64,000 bases of DNA from Desulfosudaceae bacterium (GCA_963674745.2 CAXXDV010000001.1:2144001-2208000); one strand, 5' to 3'; positions 45,207 to 53,668 are shown, numbered from the stretch's first letter. The notes: generated by a model not told the origin, from the letters alone. Numbers and translations: made by a program.

Positions 45207-46244
45207 CTATGCCGCTTCCTGTTCTTCTCCTTTCGGCAGTTCAAACGTCTTTTGTCCTTTATCAACCGCAAGCATGTAGGCGACAAGCTTTCGTGCTACC
45301 GCCAGCGTGGCCCGGTTTTTATTGCCTTTCTCGATCTCTCGGGCATGCACCTCGGCCAGTTGCGGGTTCCAGTAAGGTGCCAGTTTGGCCGCTTCGACCA
45401 ATATCGTTTGTAAATGTTTGTTTCGCTTCTTCGATATTGGGCCTCTCATATTTTTGCCGGCCGACTCTCTTTGAGCGCTGCATAACCCGCAATAACTGAC
45501 AGCTTTCCGGGCCGATGAAAAACGGCCAGGATCTCCGATCTCCAGTGCCCAGGTCAGGGCCGTAACCTCTCCGACACCCCTGATGGACATCAGTCGATCC
45601 ACCCGTTCTTTTATCTGCTCATTATTGCGGAGCACCTTTAACAGTTTTTTTTGGATATCGGTAAACATCTCATATCCGGATCGGGACATGCGCAGCAGGT
45701 TTATTACCGACTCGGGCACATCTTCCATGTTCTCCAGCAACTCACGAAAATATTTTTTCCGGTGCAGTCTGCTTTTGGTGTATTCCGCGCCGCATTCCAT
45801 CAGGAGGCCGGATATTTTGTTTTGCATACGAACCGCCTCTCTGACGATATGATTGCGATAACGGAGAATGCGGCGCAACTCCCGCATATCCTCAGGCATC
45901 ATGTAACACTCCGGCAATAAATCGCACCGCAACAGATCGGCAATCATTCGCGCGTCTACTTTGTCGTTTTTCTTTTTGGATGCAGAAATAGCCTTGAGCA
46001 TCTGGGGATGGGCGACCTTCAACTCCTCAGCATACGGTTTTAAAAAATCATAAATCCATCCTGAAAACATCGTTGCTTCCATGGCGCCTGTCCACGGCCC
46101 TGGCAGACCATCTGCCCAGTGGGTTAAAGCGGAACGCGTAGCGGATATCACCCCTTGTCCGATAACGGTTCCGTCTTGTTGTTTAATGCAATAAGCGATA
46201 GTTTTCTTGTGAATGTCCAGTCCGATATAGTATGATTTTTTCAT
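45207..46244 (-). CDS. IS110-family transposase / bridge recombinase
   Basis: YIGLDIHK, MEAT, KNDKVDA (DEDD), IRGVG, QRESAGK (Ser), AVARKL; SD AGGAGG. Confidence 0.95.
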   Translation of the reverse strand: MKKSYYIGLDIHKKTIAYCIKQQDGTVIGQGVISATRSALTHWADGLPGPWTGAMEATMFSGWIYDFLKPYAEELKVAHPQMLKAISASKKKNDKVDARMIADLLRCDLLPECYMMPEDMRELRRILRYRNHIVREAVRMQNKISGLLMECGAEYTKSRLHRKKYFRELLENMEDVPESVINLLRMSRSGYEMFTDIQKKLLKVLRNNEQIKERVDRLMSIRGVGEVTALTWALEIGDPGRFSSARKAVSYCGLCSAQRESAGKNMRGPISKKRNKHLQTILVEAAKLAPYWNPQLAEVHAREIEKGNKNRATLAVARKLVAYMLAVDKGQKTFELPKGEEQEAA

Positions 46245-46581
46245 GGGAGACCTCCTTGTTTGTGGATTCAGATTCTGAGCAAGCCCAGTGCCTGTCTCAG
46301 CCGGTATTTTAAATACCACATCTGCCACCGGGAGGTCTCCTCTCTCAATTAACTTACTTATGCATTCAAACAGTATAATTATTTATTCATGTAATATATA
46401 GTTACAAAGAAATAGAGATGTCCCCAGAATTGCAGAATTGCAATATAGTCTTAGTTCGGGGTTGGGACTGGGTCTGCCAGTACTAAAATTTAGCACAATA
46501 ATGGATAATTTTGATGATTGGGTACTTGATCATTTTTTTAATGATGGTGATATTTGTGAATGATGGATATGGTGTGATTAG

Positions 46582-46779
46582 ATGAACCTATCAAGCATTT
46601 TATATTATATTGGTGCGTTTTTTCTAATTGTGACAGGACTTTGCGGAGCTTTAATTACGATTAGAATAAATTGGATTAAAAACAAGGATCAAAATATTGA
46701 CCTTTTAATAGGCAAAATTGCTTTTTTTTCAATATGTTTAGCTATTATTTTCATATTTATTGGTGTTGGTATTAGTTAG
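46582..46779 (+). CDS. Small AT-rich two-TM hypothetical protein
   Basis: 65-aa ORF with two hydrophobic helices in a low-GC island. Confidence 0.55.
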   Translation: MNLSSILYYIGAFFLIVTGLCGALITIRINWIKNKDQNIDLLIGKIAFFSICLAIIFIFIGVGIS

Positions 46780-46926
46780 TGCCCATCCAAAAATATTAAA
46801 TTTGGGGACAAATAGGGTCTATAATTTTATGCGTTTTTTCTATAGTATAGTGCGTTGACTCGTCATGGGCAACCTTCGGTTGGCCCATGGCACCCAATTG
46901 ATTTTTGCAGCACCTCAAACCCCGCC

Positions 46927-47051
46927 CCTTAATCACTTAATCACTTAATCACTTAATCACATAACCACTTAATCACATAACCACTTAACACATTAAAACC
47001 TAAAACCTTAACACCCCCTCGACCCCTCGACCCCTTGACTCCTCGAACCCT
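46927..47051. repeat. Adjacent 8-bp-period tracts (CTTAATCA, TAAAACC, CCCTCGAC families)
   Basis: CTTAATCA x4 plus variants, then CCCCTCGA repeats running into the SDR 3' end. Confidence 0.85.
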
Positions 47052-47871
47052 TTCTTTTCGCCACGAATTTGACGATCAAATCCGAAAAGAAATGGGTCAG
47101 GTGTCCGTTGCTGATGCGGTGGTTAAAATACAGGTATCGGGCCATCAGCCCCGGCACCACCATGAACCTTTTTTTCTTGATGGCTTTGACGATGGTCCGG
47201 GCCACGTATTCGGGCTTGAGCAGCCCGGCCATGCTTTTCACGGCCCGGGCCTCAGGCGGCAGGGTGGGGGCTTCTTCGGCCACAAAGGGCGTGTCCACTT
47301 CCGGCGGGCAGACCACGGTCACGTCGATGTTCATCAGTTTCAGCTCGCTGCGCAGGCACTCGGAGAGCCCCACCAGGGCGTACTTGCTGGTGCTGTAAAG
47401 GCTGTAGCCGAACATGCCGATCAGGCCGGCCTCTGAAGAGAGGTTGACGATATGGCCCCGGCCGGATTTGCGCATATAAGGCAGAAGCGCGGCAATGGTA
47501 TTGCGCGTGCCGTAAACGTTGATCTTCATGACCCTGTCAAAATCTTCGTAGGAAATGTTTTCAAAATAGTCGGCCGTTCCGATGCCGGCGCTGTTGATCA
47601 GAATGTCCGGTACACCGAATTGATCAACGGCGGTTTTAATTTTGTGCTGCACATCGTCATTGTCGGCCACGTCCATGGATATGGTGTCGATTCGCTGGTT
47701 TTTGTCAACACTTCCGGTTTCAAGCTTTTGCCTGGCTTTGTCCAGTCCACCCTGTTTCCGGGCAAACAGTATCAGGCTGCACCCTTCAGCAACAAGCAGG
47801 CGGGCGGTTTCAAGGCCGATGCCGCTGGAGCCGCCGGTAATATAGGCGAGTTTTCCGGAAAAAAAAGCCAT
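47008..47871 (-). CDS. SDR oxidoreductase, 3-ketodihydrosphingosine reductase-like
   Basis: TGGSSGIG, NSAG, FGYSLYSTSKYALVGLSECLRSE, CPPEVDTP. Confidence 0.8.
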   Translation of the reverse strand: MAFFSGKLAYITGGSSGIGLETARLLVAEGCSLILFARKQGGLDKARQKLETGSVDKNQRIDTISMDVADNDDVQHKIKTAVDQFGVPDILINSAGIGTADYFENISYEDFDRVMKINVYGTRNTIAALLPYMRKSGRGHIVNLSSEAGLIGMFGYSLYSTSKYALVGLSECLRSELKLMNIDVTVVCPPEVDTPFVAEEAPTLPPEARAVKSMAGLLKPEYVARTIVKAIKKKRFMVVPGLMARYLYFNHRISNGHLTHFFSDLIVKFVAKRKGSRSQGVEGSRGC

Positions 47872-47885
47872 GGTGTTTTCTCCTT

Positions 47886-48896
47886 TTATTTGCGCATGGT
47901 TTGTTCTATATACGTCCTGGTCCGGTTCATACCTTCGGCATAAGAAACCCGAGGGGTATAACCGAGTTCACGGGTGACACGCCGGTTGGGAAAGCGGTTG
48001 TCGGAACCGACCAGGTTAAAGGCTTCCCGGGTCAGGGGGGGGCGTTTTTTGATCCGGAAAAGTTTCCACAGGGCCTCAAAAACGAAGGCGCTGACGGCGG
48101 CTGCGGACCGTGGCACAGATCCGGGGCTTCTGGCGCCGATCATCTGTGCCAGGTCCGAAAAGTACTGGTGCCAGCTTACATCAAGGCCGTCACTGGCGTT
48201 GTAAACGCGCCCGATGGATTTATCATCCACACCGGCCAGGATAAGAATGTCGGCCACGTTGTCAACATAGGCCAGTCCGGCATTCCCCCTGCCGCCGGAA
48301 ATCAGGCCCGGCGCGCCGGTTTTTAAAACATTGACAATATCATGCAGCCAGGGACCGGAGCCCGGCCCGTATACATTGCCCGGCCGCACCACGGTCAAAC
48401 GAAGGCATTTGTCCCGGTAATATTCCCGGGCCAGTTTTTCCTGGGCCTGTTTGGTGCGGCTGTAGGGACCGAACGCTTTGCCGTAGCCGGTGTCCTCGGG
48501 GCAGGGCCCTTTGCTGATATTATCGCCATATACGATGACGCTGGCCGTCAGCACCACCCGGCTGTTGTTTTTAATGGCTTCTTCAAATACCAGGCGACTG
48601 CCGTCGACCGTATACTTCCAGTAAAGTGTTTCATCTCCCCAGTCGGAGACCACGGCTGCCAGATGGATAATGGTGCCCGCGCCGGAAACTGCCTTTGCGA
48701 CCGCTTTGGGATCGGAAATATCGCCCCGGGCGATTTCCACGGTCTGCCCCCATTCATCCGGCAGATTTTCGTCCGGCAGGACCAGTGCCCGAACCGTGAT
48801 GCCGGCGTCCAGCAGTTTGGTCACCACCCTGCGGCCGATAAAACCGGTAGCACCGGTCACCAGCACCGGCTGGGCGATATTCGCAATGGTTTTCAT
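47886..48896 (-). CDS. Extended SDR, NAD-dependent epimerase / 3-beta-HSD-like
   Basis: VTGATGFIG, HLAA, YSRTK, RPGNVYGPG, RELGYTP. Confidence 0.85.
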   Translation of the reverse strand: MKTIANIAQPVLVTGATGFIGRRVVTKLLDAGITVRALVLPDENLPDEWGQTVEIARGDISDPKAVAKAVSGAGTIIHLAAVVSDWGDETLYWKYTVDGSRLVFEEAIKNNSRVVLTASVIVYGDNISKGPCPEDTGYGKAFGPYSRTKQAQEKLAREYYRDKCLRLTVVRPGNVYGPGSGPWLHDIVNVLKTGAPGLISGGRGNAGLAYVDNVADILILAGVDDKSIGRVYNASDGLDVSWHQYFSDLAQMIGARSPGSVPRSAAAVSAFVFEALWKLFRIKKRPPLTREAFNLVGSDNRFPNRRVTRELGYTPRVSYAEGMNRTRTYIEQTMRK

Positions 48897-48906
48897 ATTA
48901 TTTTCC

Positions 48907-49833
48907 TCAAACCTCAATATCATAACCGTTAAATATTTTTCGGCATTGCTCGACGGCGTCATTGGACATGAATTTTGTCATGGCCGGGTCGTCCCGGCAG
49001 GGATTGTCGCTGCCGATCTTGTCGGTTTTTTCATGCCAGAGCGGGTTGTAGGCCAGAAGGGCGGCCTGCTTCACCCCCAGGCGGCTTAAAAACACGGCGA
49101 TTTGCCGCATATTGTCTTCGGTGTCGGTCATGCCAGGAATCAAAGGCGTCCGCGGCAGCAGCCTCTTGCCATCTTCAGGCGTCATCTTAATAAGACGCTC
49201 GAAGTTCTCCAGGATTTTTTTGTTGGATACGCCGCAGTGTCGATGGTGGAGGGATTCGTCATAAATCTTGATGTCATAATAGATGCTGTCGACAAACGGA
49301 TAAATCAGTTCCCGAAAGAGGTCCATGTTAAACATGCCGCAGGTTTCCACCAGGGTGTGAATTCCGTTTCTTTTGAGTATGGACAGGAGCCGGCCGGCAT
49401 AGTCGGCAAACAGGGTCGGTTCACCGCCGGACAGGGTCACCCCTCCGCCGGAAGCGTCAAAAAAAGGCTTGTCCGGCATGATCTTTTCAAGCACCGCTTC
49501 TACGGTCATGTCCTGCCCCACGCGGCTCAGGGCGCCTGACGGGCAGGCGTCGACGCAGGCAAAACAGAGGGTGCATTTTTCCCGGTTGATGTAATTCTGG
49601 TGTTCCGTTGACAGGGCCTTTTCCGGACAGATTTCACGGCAGGTGCCGCAGCCGATGCAGGTGCCGGCGTCAAACGATATTTCCACGCCGGACCGTTTGC
49701 TTTCGGGATTGTGGCACCAGGCGCATGACAGGGGGCAGCCCTTGAAGAACACCACCGAGCGGATGCCCGGGCCGTCATCCAGGCTGTTGCCTTTAATTTC
49801 CAGGATCAGGGGTGTGGTTGTTTCGGTCGTCAT
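48907..49833 (-). CDS. Glycyl radical enzyme activating enzyme (radical SAM + 2x4Fe-4S)
   Basis: DDGPGIRSVVFFKGCPLSCAWCHNPES, CIGCGTC, CTLCFAC, GGGVTLSGGEP. Confidence 0.95.
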   Translation of the reverse strand: MTTETTTPLILEIKGNSLDDGPGIRSVVFFKGCPLSCAWCHNPESKRSGVEISFDAGTCIGCGTCREICPEKALSTEHQNYINREKCTLCFACVDACPSGALSRVGQDMTVEAVLEKIMPDKPFFDASGGGVTLSGGEPTLFADYAGRLLSILKRNGIHTLVETCGMFNMDLFRELIYPFVDSIYYDIKIYDESLHHRHCGVSNKKILENFERLIKMTPEDGKRLLPRTPLIPGMTDTEDNMRQIAVFLSRLGVKQAALLAYNPLWHEKTDKIGSDNPCRDDPAMTKFMSNDAVEQCRKIFNGYDIEV

Positions 49834-49848
49834 AAAACCATCCTTTTT

Positions 49849-52797
49849 CTACATGCCGTATTCGGCCCGTTCGATCAGTTCCAGCTGCATGTCGCGATTG
49901 AGCGTTACAAAGTAGGCATTATACCCGGAAATGCGGACCAGCAGGTTCTGGTAGCTTTCCGGGTGGGCCATGGCGTCCTTGAGCGTCTCGGAAGACACCA
50001 CGTTGAATTGTATCTGCATGCCGCCCAGGTCGCTGTAGGCCTTGGCATAGGAATAAATAGTATCCACCGCCTGCTGGTGACTGTCCCCCGGGGCGGGCAC
50101 GACCTTGACGTTAAAGGCGATATTGTTGTTCATGTTGGCCGTTTCCAGGAGCGAGACATCCCGGATGTTGTCAAGGATGTTCTTGGACGCGTGCGGCTCG
50201 GGCGTCAGACCCGGAGTGAAGGCCTTGCCGGCCAGTCGGCCCGAAGGCAGGGCGCCGGTAAGCGTGCCGAAGGCCACGTGATTGGACATTGACCAGAAGC
50301 CGGCTGTGTATTTTCCGCCGCGGTAATTGGTGTGCGCCCAGAACAGGTCGTGGGCCAGTTTGGTGACCCGGTTGGCCATGGCCAGCGCCTCGGCATTGCC
50401 GGATCCGAACAGGGGGACCCGGGTTCGCGCCATGGCGGCCAGGTCCGGCCGGTCGGTAAAATCGGCCCTCACGGCCTGAAGCAGCTCCGGGAAACGGATC
50501 TTTTTTTCTTCAAAAACCAGCTTTTTGATCACCATCAGTGAGTCGGTGATATCGGCCAGGCCGATGCAGGCCGTTCCCGACGAGTTGTACAGGGCGCCGC
50601 CTTTGGTCACATCTTTGCCGCTGGTAATGGGGCCTTCGATCAGGGCCGAAATATAGGGGGTGGGCCGCAGGGCCTGGTGTGCTTCGCCCAGCAGGTTGTT
50701 GTATTCGCAGGACTGGTCGGCAAGAAACCCGAGTTGGTGTGCAAAGGCATCATAAAAGGATTCAAAGTCGGCAAAAGCGCCGGTGGTGATATCGCCGGTT
50801 TCCGGGCCCAGCTGCCATCGCATGAGCGGGTGGTAGCCGTTGTTCAAGGCCATTTCCAGGGCAGCCACCATGTTGAACATCATGCAGTTGGTGTGGCCGA
50901 TGTGCCGGCCGGACAGGGTCGGCTCCACACAGCCGGTGGCCGACCAGTCCCGTAAATGCTCTATGGGGTAATTGAATTCCGCCAGGGAGGCCATGACCGT
51001 TTCATCGTTGTGGATGGATGGCGTGGCGGTGGTGTTGAGGTTGACTTCGCACAACCGTTTTAAATAGGTATCGCTGTTCTTCTTGTGGTTGTAACGGGCA
51101 TTGACGTTGGGGTCGCGGATACAGAGTATCTCGGTGACTTTGAGGAAAATATAGGTCATATCATTGACCGCGTCTTCGCCCTCGGGCGTTACCCCGCCCA
51201 GGGTAATGGCCTGGTCCGAGGAACTGCCGCCGAACAGGTAATTGCCGATGTCCGGAATCAGGGGCAGGTGGTCGGTGCAGCGCATGTAAAAACAGCCGAT
51301 TAATTCGATGGCGTGGCGGATGTAGTCCCGGCGTTCATTTTCGGTTTCCCGTTTTTCCATATCGGCCAGAAAATAGGGCTGCAGCCACTGGTCCAGTCGT
51401 CCCAGGGAAAACCCGGCATTGGTATTTTCCATGTGCACGCCCACCCACAGGATCCACATGGCGTTGACGGCTTCGTCCAGGGTGGTACAGGGGTGCGCCG
51501 GTACCCGGGCACAGATATCGGCCAGCCGCGACAGTTCTTGTTTGCGGACCGGATCGCTTTCCTGATCGGATTCTTTTTTGGCCTGTGCCGAAAGGTTGGC
51601 GGCATAGGCGTTGATACCTTCCAGGCAGAGTTTCATGGCGGCCAGGGTGTCCTGTTTTTCCTGGTTTCCCGGGGGCGTGTTGTCAAGCTCATGATCGATC
51701 TCGGCCATGATGCCGGACGTGCCCATGGCCAGAATTTTGGGGTAGTTGATGATGCTGTGCGACAGGGCCACGGTCTTCCACAAAAAGCAGGCGGCAAAAC
51801 GCTCATCCAGTTTCTGGCACAGGGGATAGTCTTTGTTGTCCCTGACCCATTCCCTGAAATTGCGATGCAGCCAGAAAGGAAAGACCTTGCGGTGCAGGAT
51901 TTCGACCGTTTCCGGATCCACGTCATAGGGGTTGAGCGGCCGAAACGGCGCGGTAATCAGTTCGCCCCAGATCATGGTGCCGTGGGCGTCGGGATAAATG
52001 ACCACCCCCACTTCCCGGGCGGTGGTCGTGCCGGCCACCAGATCGTTTTTACGGATGATGGGTTTACGGTTTTCCATCAGGTATTTAAATGCCCGGGCCT
52101 GACGCAGCTCGGCCGCAACCGGCCGGCTTGATCTATCGGTTTCAAATCCGTTTTCCCGATACCATTCGGTCAGCAGCAGAGGCCGTTCATGACAGATGGC
52201 GGCCCGCTCGGTCAGGTGAATATTGAGGAATGCCGAAAGACGCGGAAAGTCCTCCAGGCTGTATCCGGACAGATAGGCGTCTTCCAGAAAGCGCACGCCC
52301 GGATCTTTGATATCGGCCGACAGCAGCATGGTTTTTTTGGCCTTGAGGCTGTTTTGGGCTGCCTGGTCGCGGTCATAATCCCTGTTCTGGCGGCGGGTTT
52401 CTTTTTTGAGCTTGCTGATCTGGGGCCCTTTGAGCAGCAAAGAGAGGTAGAAGTTGAAAAGCTGGAGGTAACCCAGATTGCCGCGGGTAACCATACGGTT
52501 TTCCATCAGGGTCAGCATCAGCTCATTGGGCGGTCGCGTGGCGGCTTCTTTTAAAACGCTTTCATCGGTGAATATGAGCTGGGCGTCAAGTAGCTCCGGC
52601 CATTTTTTCAAAACCCGGACCCGGTTGTTTTCAACACGCAGGGCCTGGCGGACGCTGTTGCTTTCCGTGCGAATGCCGAATGTAAAGCCAAACGGTCCGA
52701 AATCGGAACTCAGGTGCCGGTTCAGCGATGGGCGGTGGTTGAAATTGAAGGCAAAAAACCGGAAAAACAGGTTGGCCAGAATGTTGGTGGTATTCAT
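49849..52797 (-). CDS. Glycyl radical enzyme (982 aa) with N-terminal SCP2-like extension
   Basis: SLGRLDQ, Cys loop ATGCVEP, Gly loop LVRISGYNAYF; about 190 extra N-terminal residues. Confidence 0.92.
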   Translation of the reverse strand: MNTTNILANLFFRFFAFNFNHRPSLNRHLSSDFGPFGFTFGIRTESNSVRQALRVENNRVRVLKKWPELLDAQLIFTDESVLKEAATRPPNELMLTLMENRMVTRGNLGYLQLFNFYLSLLLKGPQISKLKKETRRQNRDYDRDQAAQNSLKAKKTMLLSADIKDPGVRFLEDAYLSGYSLEDFPRLSAFLNIHLTERAAICHERPLLLTEWYRENGFETDRSSRPVAAELRQARAFKYLMENRKPIIRKNDLVAGTTTAREVGVVIYPDAHGTMIWGELITAPFRPLNPYDVDPETVEILHRKVFPFWLHRNFREWVRDNKDYPLCQKLDERFAACFLWKTVALSHSIINYPKILAMGTSGIMAEIDHELDNTPPGNQEKQDTLAAMKLCLEGINAYAANLSAQAKKESDQESDPVRKQELSRLADICARVPAHPCTTLDEAVNAMWILWVGVHMENTNAGFSLGRLDQWLQPYFLADMEKRETENERRDYIRHAIELIGCFYMRCTDHLPLIPDIGNYLFGGSSSDQAITLGGVTPEGEDAVNDMTYIFLKVTEILCIRDPNVNARYNHKKNSDTYLKRLCEVNLNTTATPSIHNDETVMASLAEFNYPIEHLRDWSATGCVEPTLSGRHIGHTNCMMFNMVAALEMALNNGYHPLMRWQLGPETGDITTGAFADFESFYDAFAHQLGFLADQSCEYNNLLGEAHQALRPTPYISALIEGPITSGKDVTKGGALYNSSGTACIGLADITDSLMVIKKLVFEEKKIRFPELLQAVRADFTDRPDLAAMARTRVPLFGSGNAEALAMANRVTKLAHDLFWAHTNYRGGKYTAGFWSMSNHVAFGTLTGALPSGRLAGKAFTPGLTPEPHASKNILDNIRDVSLLETANMNNNIAFNVKVVPAPGDSHQQAVDTIYSYAKAYSDLGGMQIQFNVVSSETLKDAMAHPESYQNLLVRISGYNAYFVTLNRDMQLELIERAEYGM

Positions 52798-52920
52798 AAA
52801 ACGTCCTCTTTTATGCGATGTTTTGAAAAGGTATTCGATCGCGTCGTGGTTTTTTTTGGGTAAGCGCTCACAAGCAACCGTTTCATTGACATAAAGCCAT
52901 GCGTCATATCGCTATATCCG

Positions 52921-53607
52921 TTATCCCGGCATGATGGCTGCCAGGGGGTCGCCCTGGTCAAGACGCTGCCGGATCTGTAATATTTCGTTGCTGATTTCCT
53001 GCAAACGGGTGTCGACAAAAATATCCGCCTCGTTGGTGACCTCGTGAAACAGGCGGCTGTTATACAGTGTGATCAGGCCGTGCAGGTCAGACCAGTATTT
53101 GATCAGCATGTACTGGATGCCTTTCATGCCCTCGATGTTGTCAATGCCCAGGTAGTCGATGACCGGCTGCGCAAACTGGTCCAGACATTTCAAGGCGGTC
53201 TGTTTTTCAAAGTGGGCGGTGGCTTCTATCTCCGTACCCACGTAGTCCAGGTATTTGGGGGTGTTCAGGTTAAACATGAGATCATAATAGCCGGGATAGG
53301 TCAGCCCGAATTCGACATAGGCCCGGATCATACCTGAAAATTGCGCTTCGATATGATCGGATTTATCATATTGGGTCTTGAGCATGTCGTACAGTGTTTC
53401 AAATCCCCGTACCCGGATCATCAGGTTCAATTCGTCTTTACTGGAATAATAATTGTAGATGGTCGTAGCCGTGACGCCGAGTCTGGATGCTATTTTGCGA
53501 ATGCTCAGGTTGTCAAAGCCCTGTTTTAAGATAATATCCAGGGCGATATCCAGTATCCGGTTCCGGAATTTTTCAACTTCGGCTTTGGGCATGGGGGCTT
53601 TGGGCAT
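52921..53607 (-). CDS. TetR/AcrR family regulator
   Basis: ILDIALDII..GFDNLSIRKIASRLGVTATTIYNYYSSK. Confidence 0.92.
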   Translation of the reverse strand: MPKAPMPKAEVEKFRNRILDIALDIILKQGFDNLSIRKIASRLGVTATTIYNYYSSKDELNLMIRVRGFETLYDMLKTQYDKSDHIEAQFSGMIRAYVEFGLTYPGYYDLMFNLNTPKYLDYVGTEIEATAHFEKQTALKCLDQFAQPVIDYLGIDNIEGMKGIQYMLIKYWSDLHGLITLYNSRLFHEVTNEADIFVDTRLQEISNEILQIRQRLDQGDPLAAIMPG

Positions 53608-53626
53608 AAGTTCTACCAGGTTTGTT

Positions 53627-53668
53627 AAAATAACACCGTTATCTTAACGCTGTTATTTTTAAAGTCAA
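53627..53668 (-). promoter_or_regulatory. Sigma70-like promoter overlapped by a double palindromic operator
   Basis: TTGACT-16-TAAGAT on the minus strand; AAAATAACACCGTTATCTTAACGCTGTTATTTT contains two TAAC-N3-GTTA palindromes. Confidence 0.7.

Larger units (their letters stand above)
44874..46372 (-). mobile_element. IS110-family insertion sequence, IS1111 group (about 1.5 kb)
   Basis: DEDD recombinase; subterminal IRs ATAAGTAA (44880-44887)/TTACTTAT (46354-46361); ACA core at both junctions (44871-73, 46370-72); long structured 3' noncoding region. Confidence 0.88.
44860..46441. repeat. GGGGACA...TGTCCCC palindromic element, split by the IS
   Basis: Left arm GATTTCCGGGGACA (44860-44873); remainder GTATAATTATTT...AAATAGAGATGTCCCCAGAATTGC (46373-46433); 8-bp tandem duplications outside both arms. 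Confidence 0.7.

Noticed and set aside
44867..46425. GGGGACATC / GATGTCCCC as the terminal inverted repeats of the IS
   Set aside because: The guide matches, duplicated ACA core and inner ATAAGTAA IRs put the IS ends at about 44874 and 46372; the GGGGACA arms belong to the target element
46927..47051. CRISPR array
   Set aside because: 8-bp tandem units with no unique spacers; no cas genes in the window
49849..52797. Pyruvate formate-lyase or alkyl/benzylsuccinate synthase
   Set aside because: Single Cys in GCVEP rather than CC, and no small subunits or associated genes for fumarate addition
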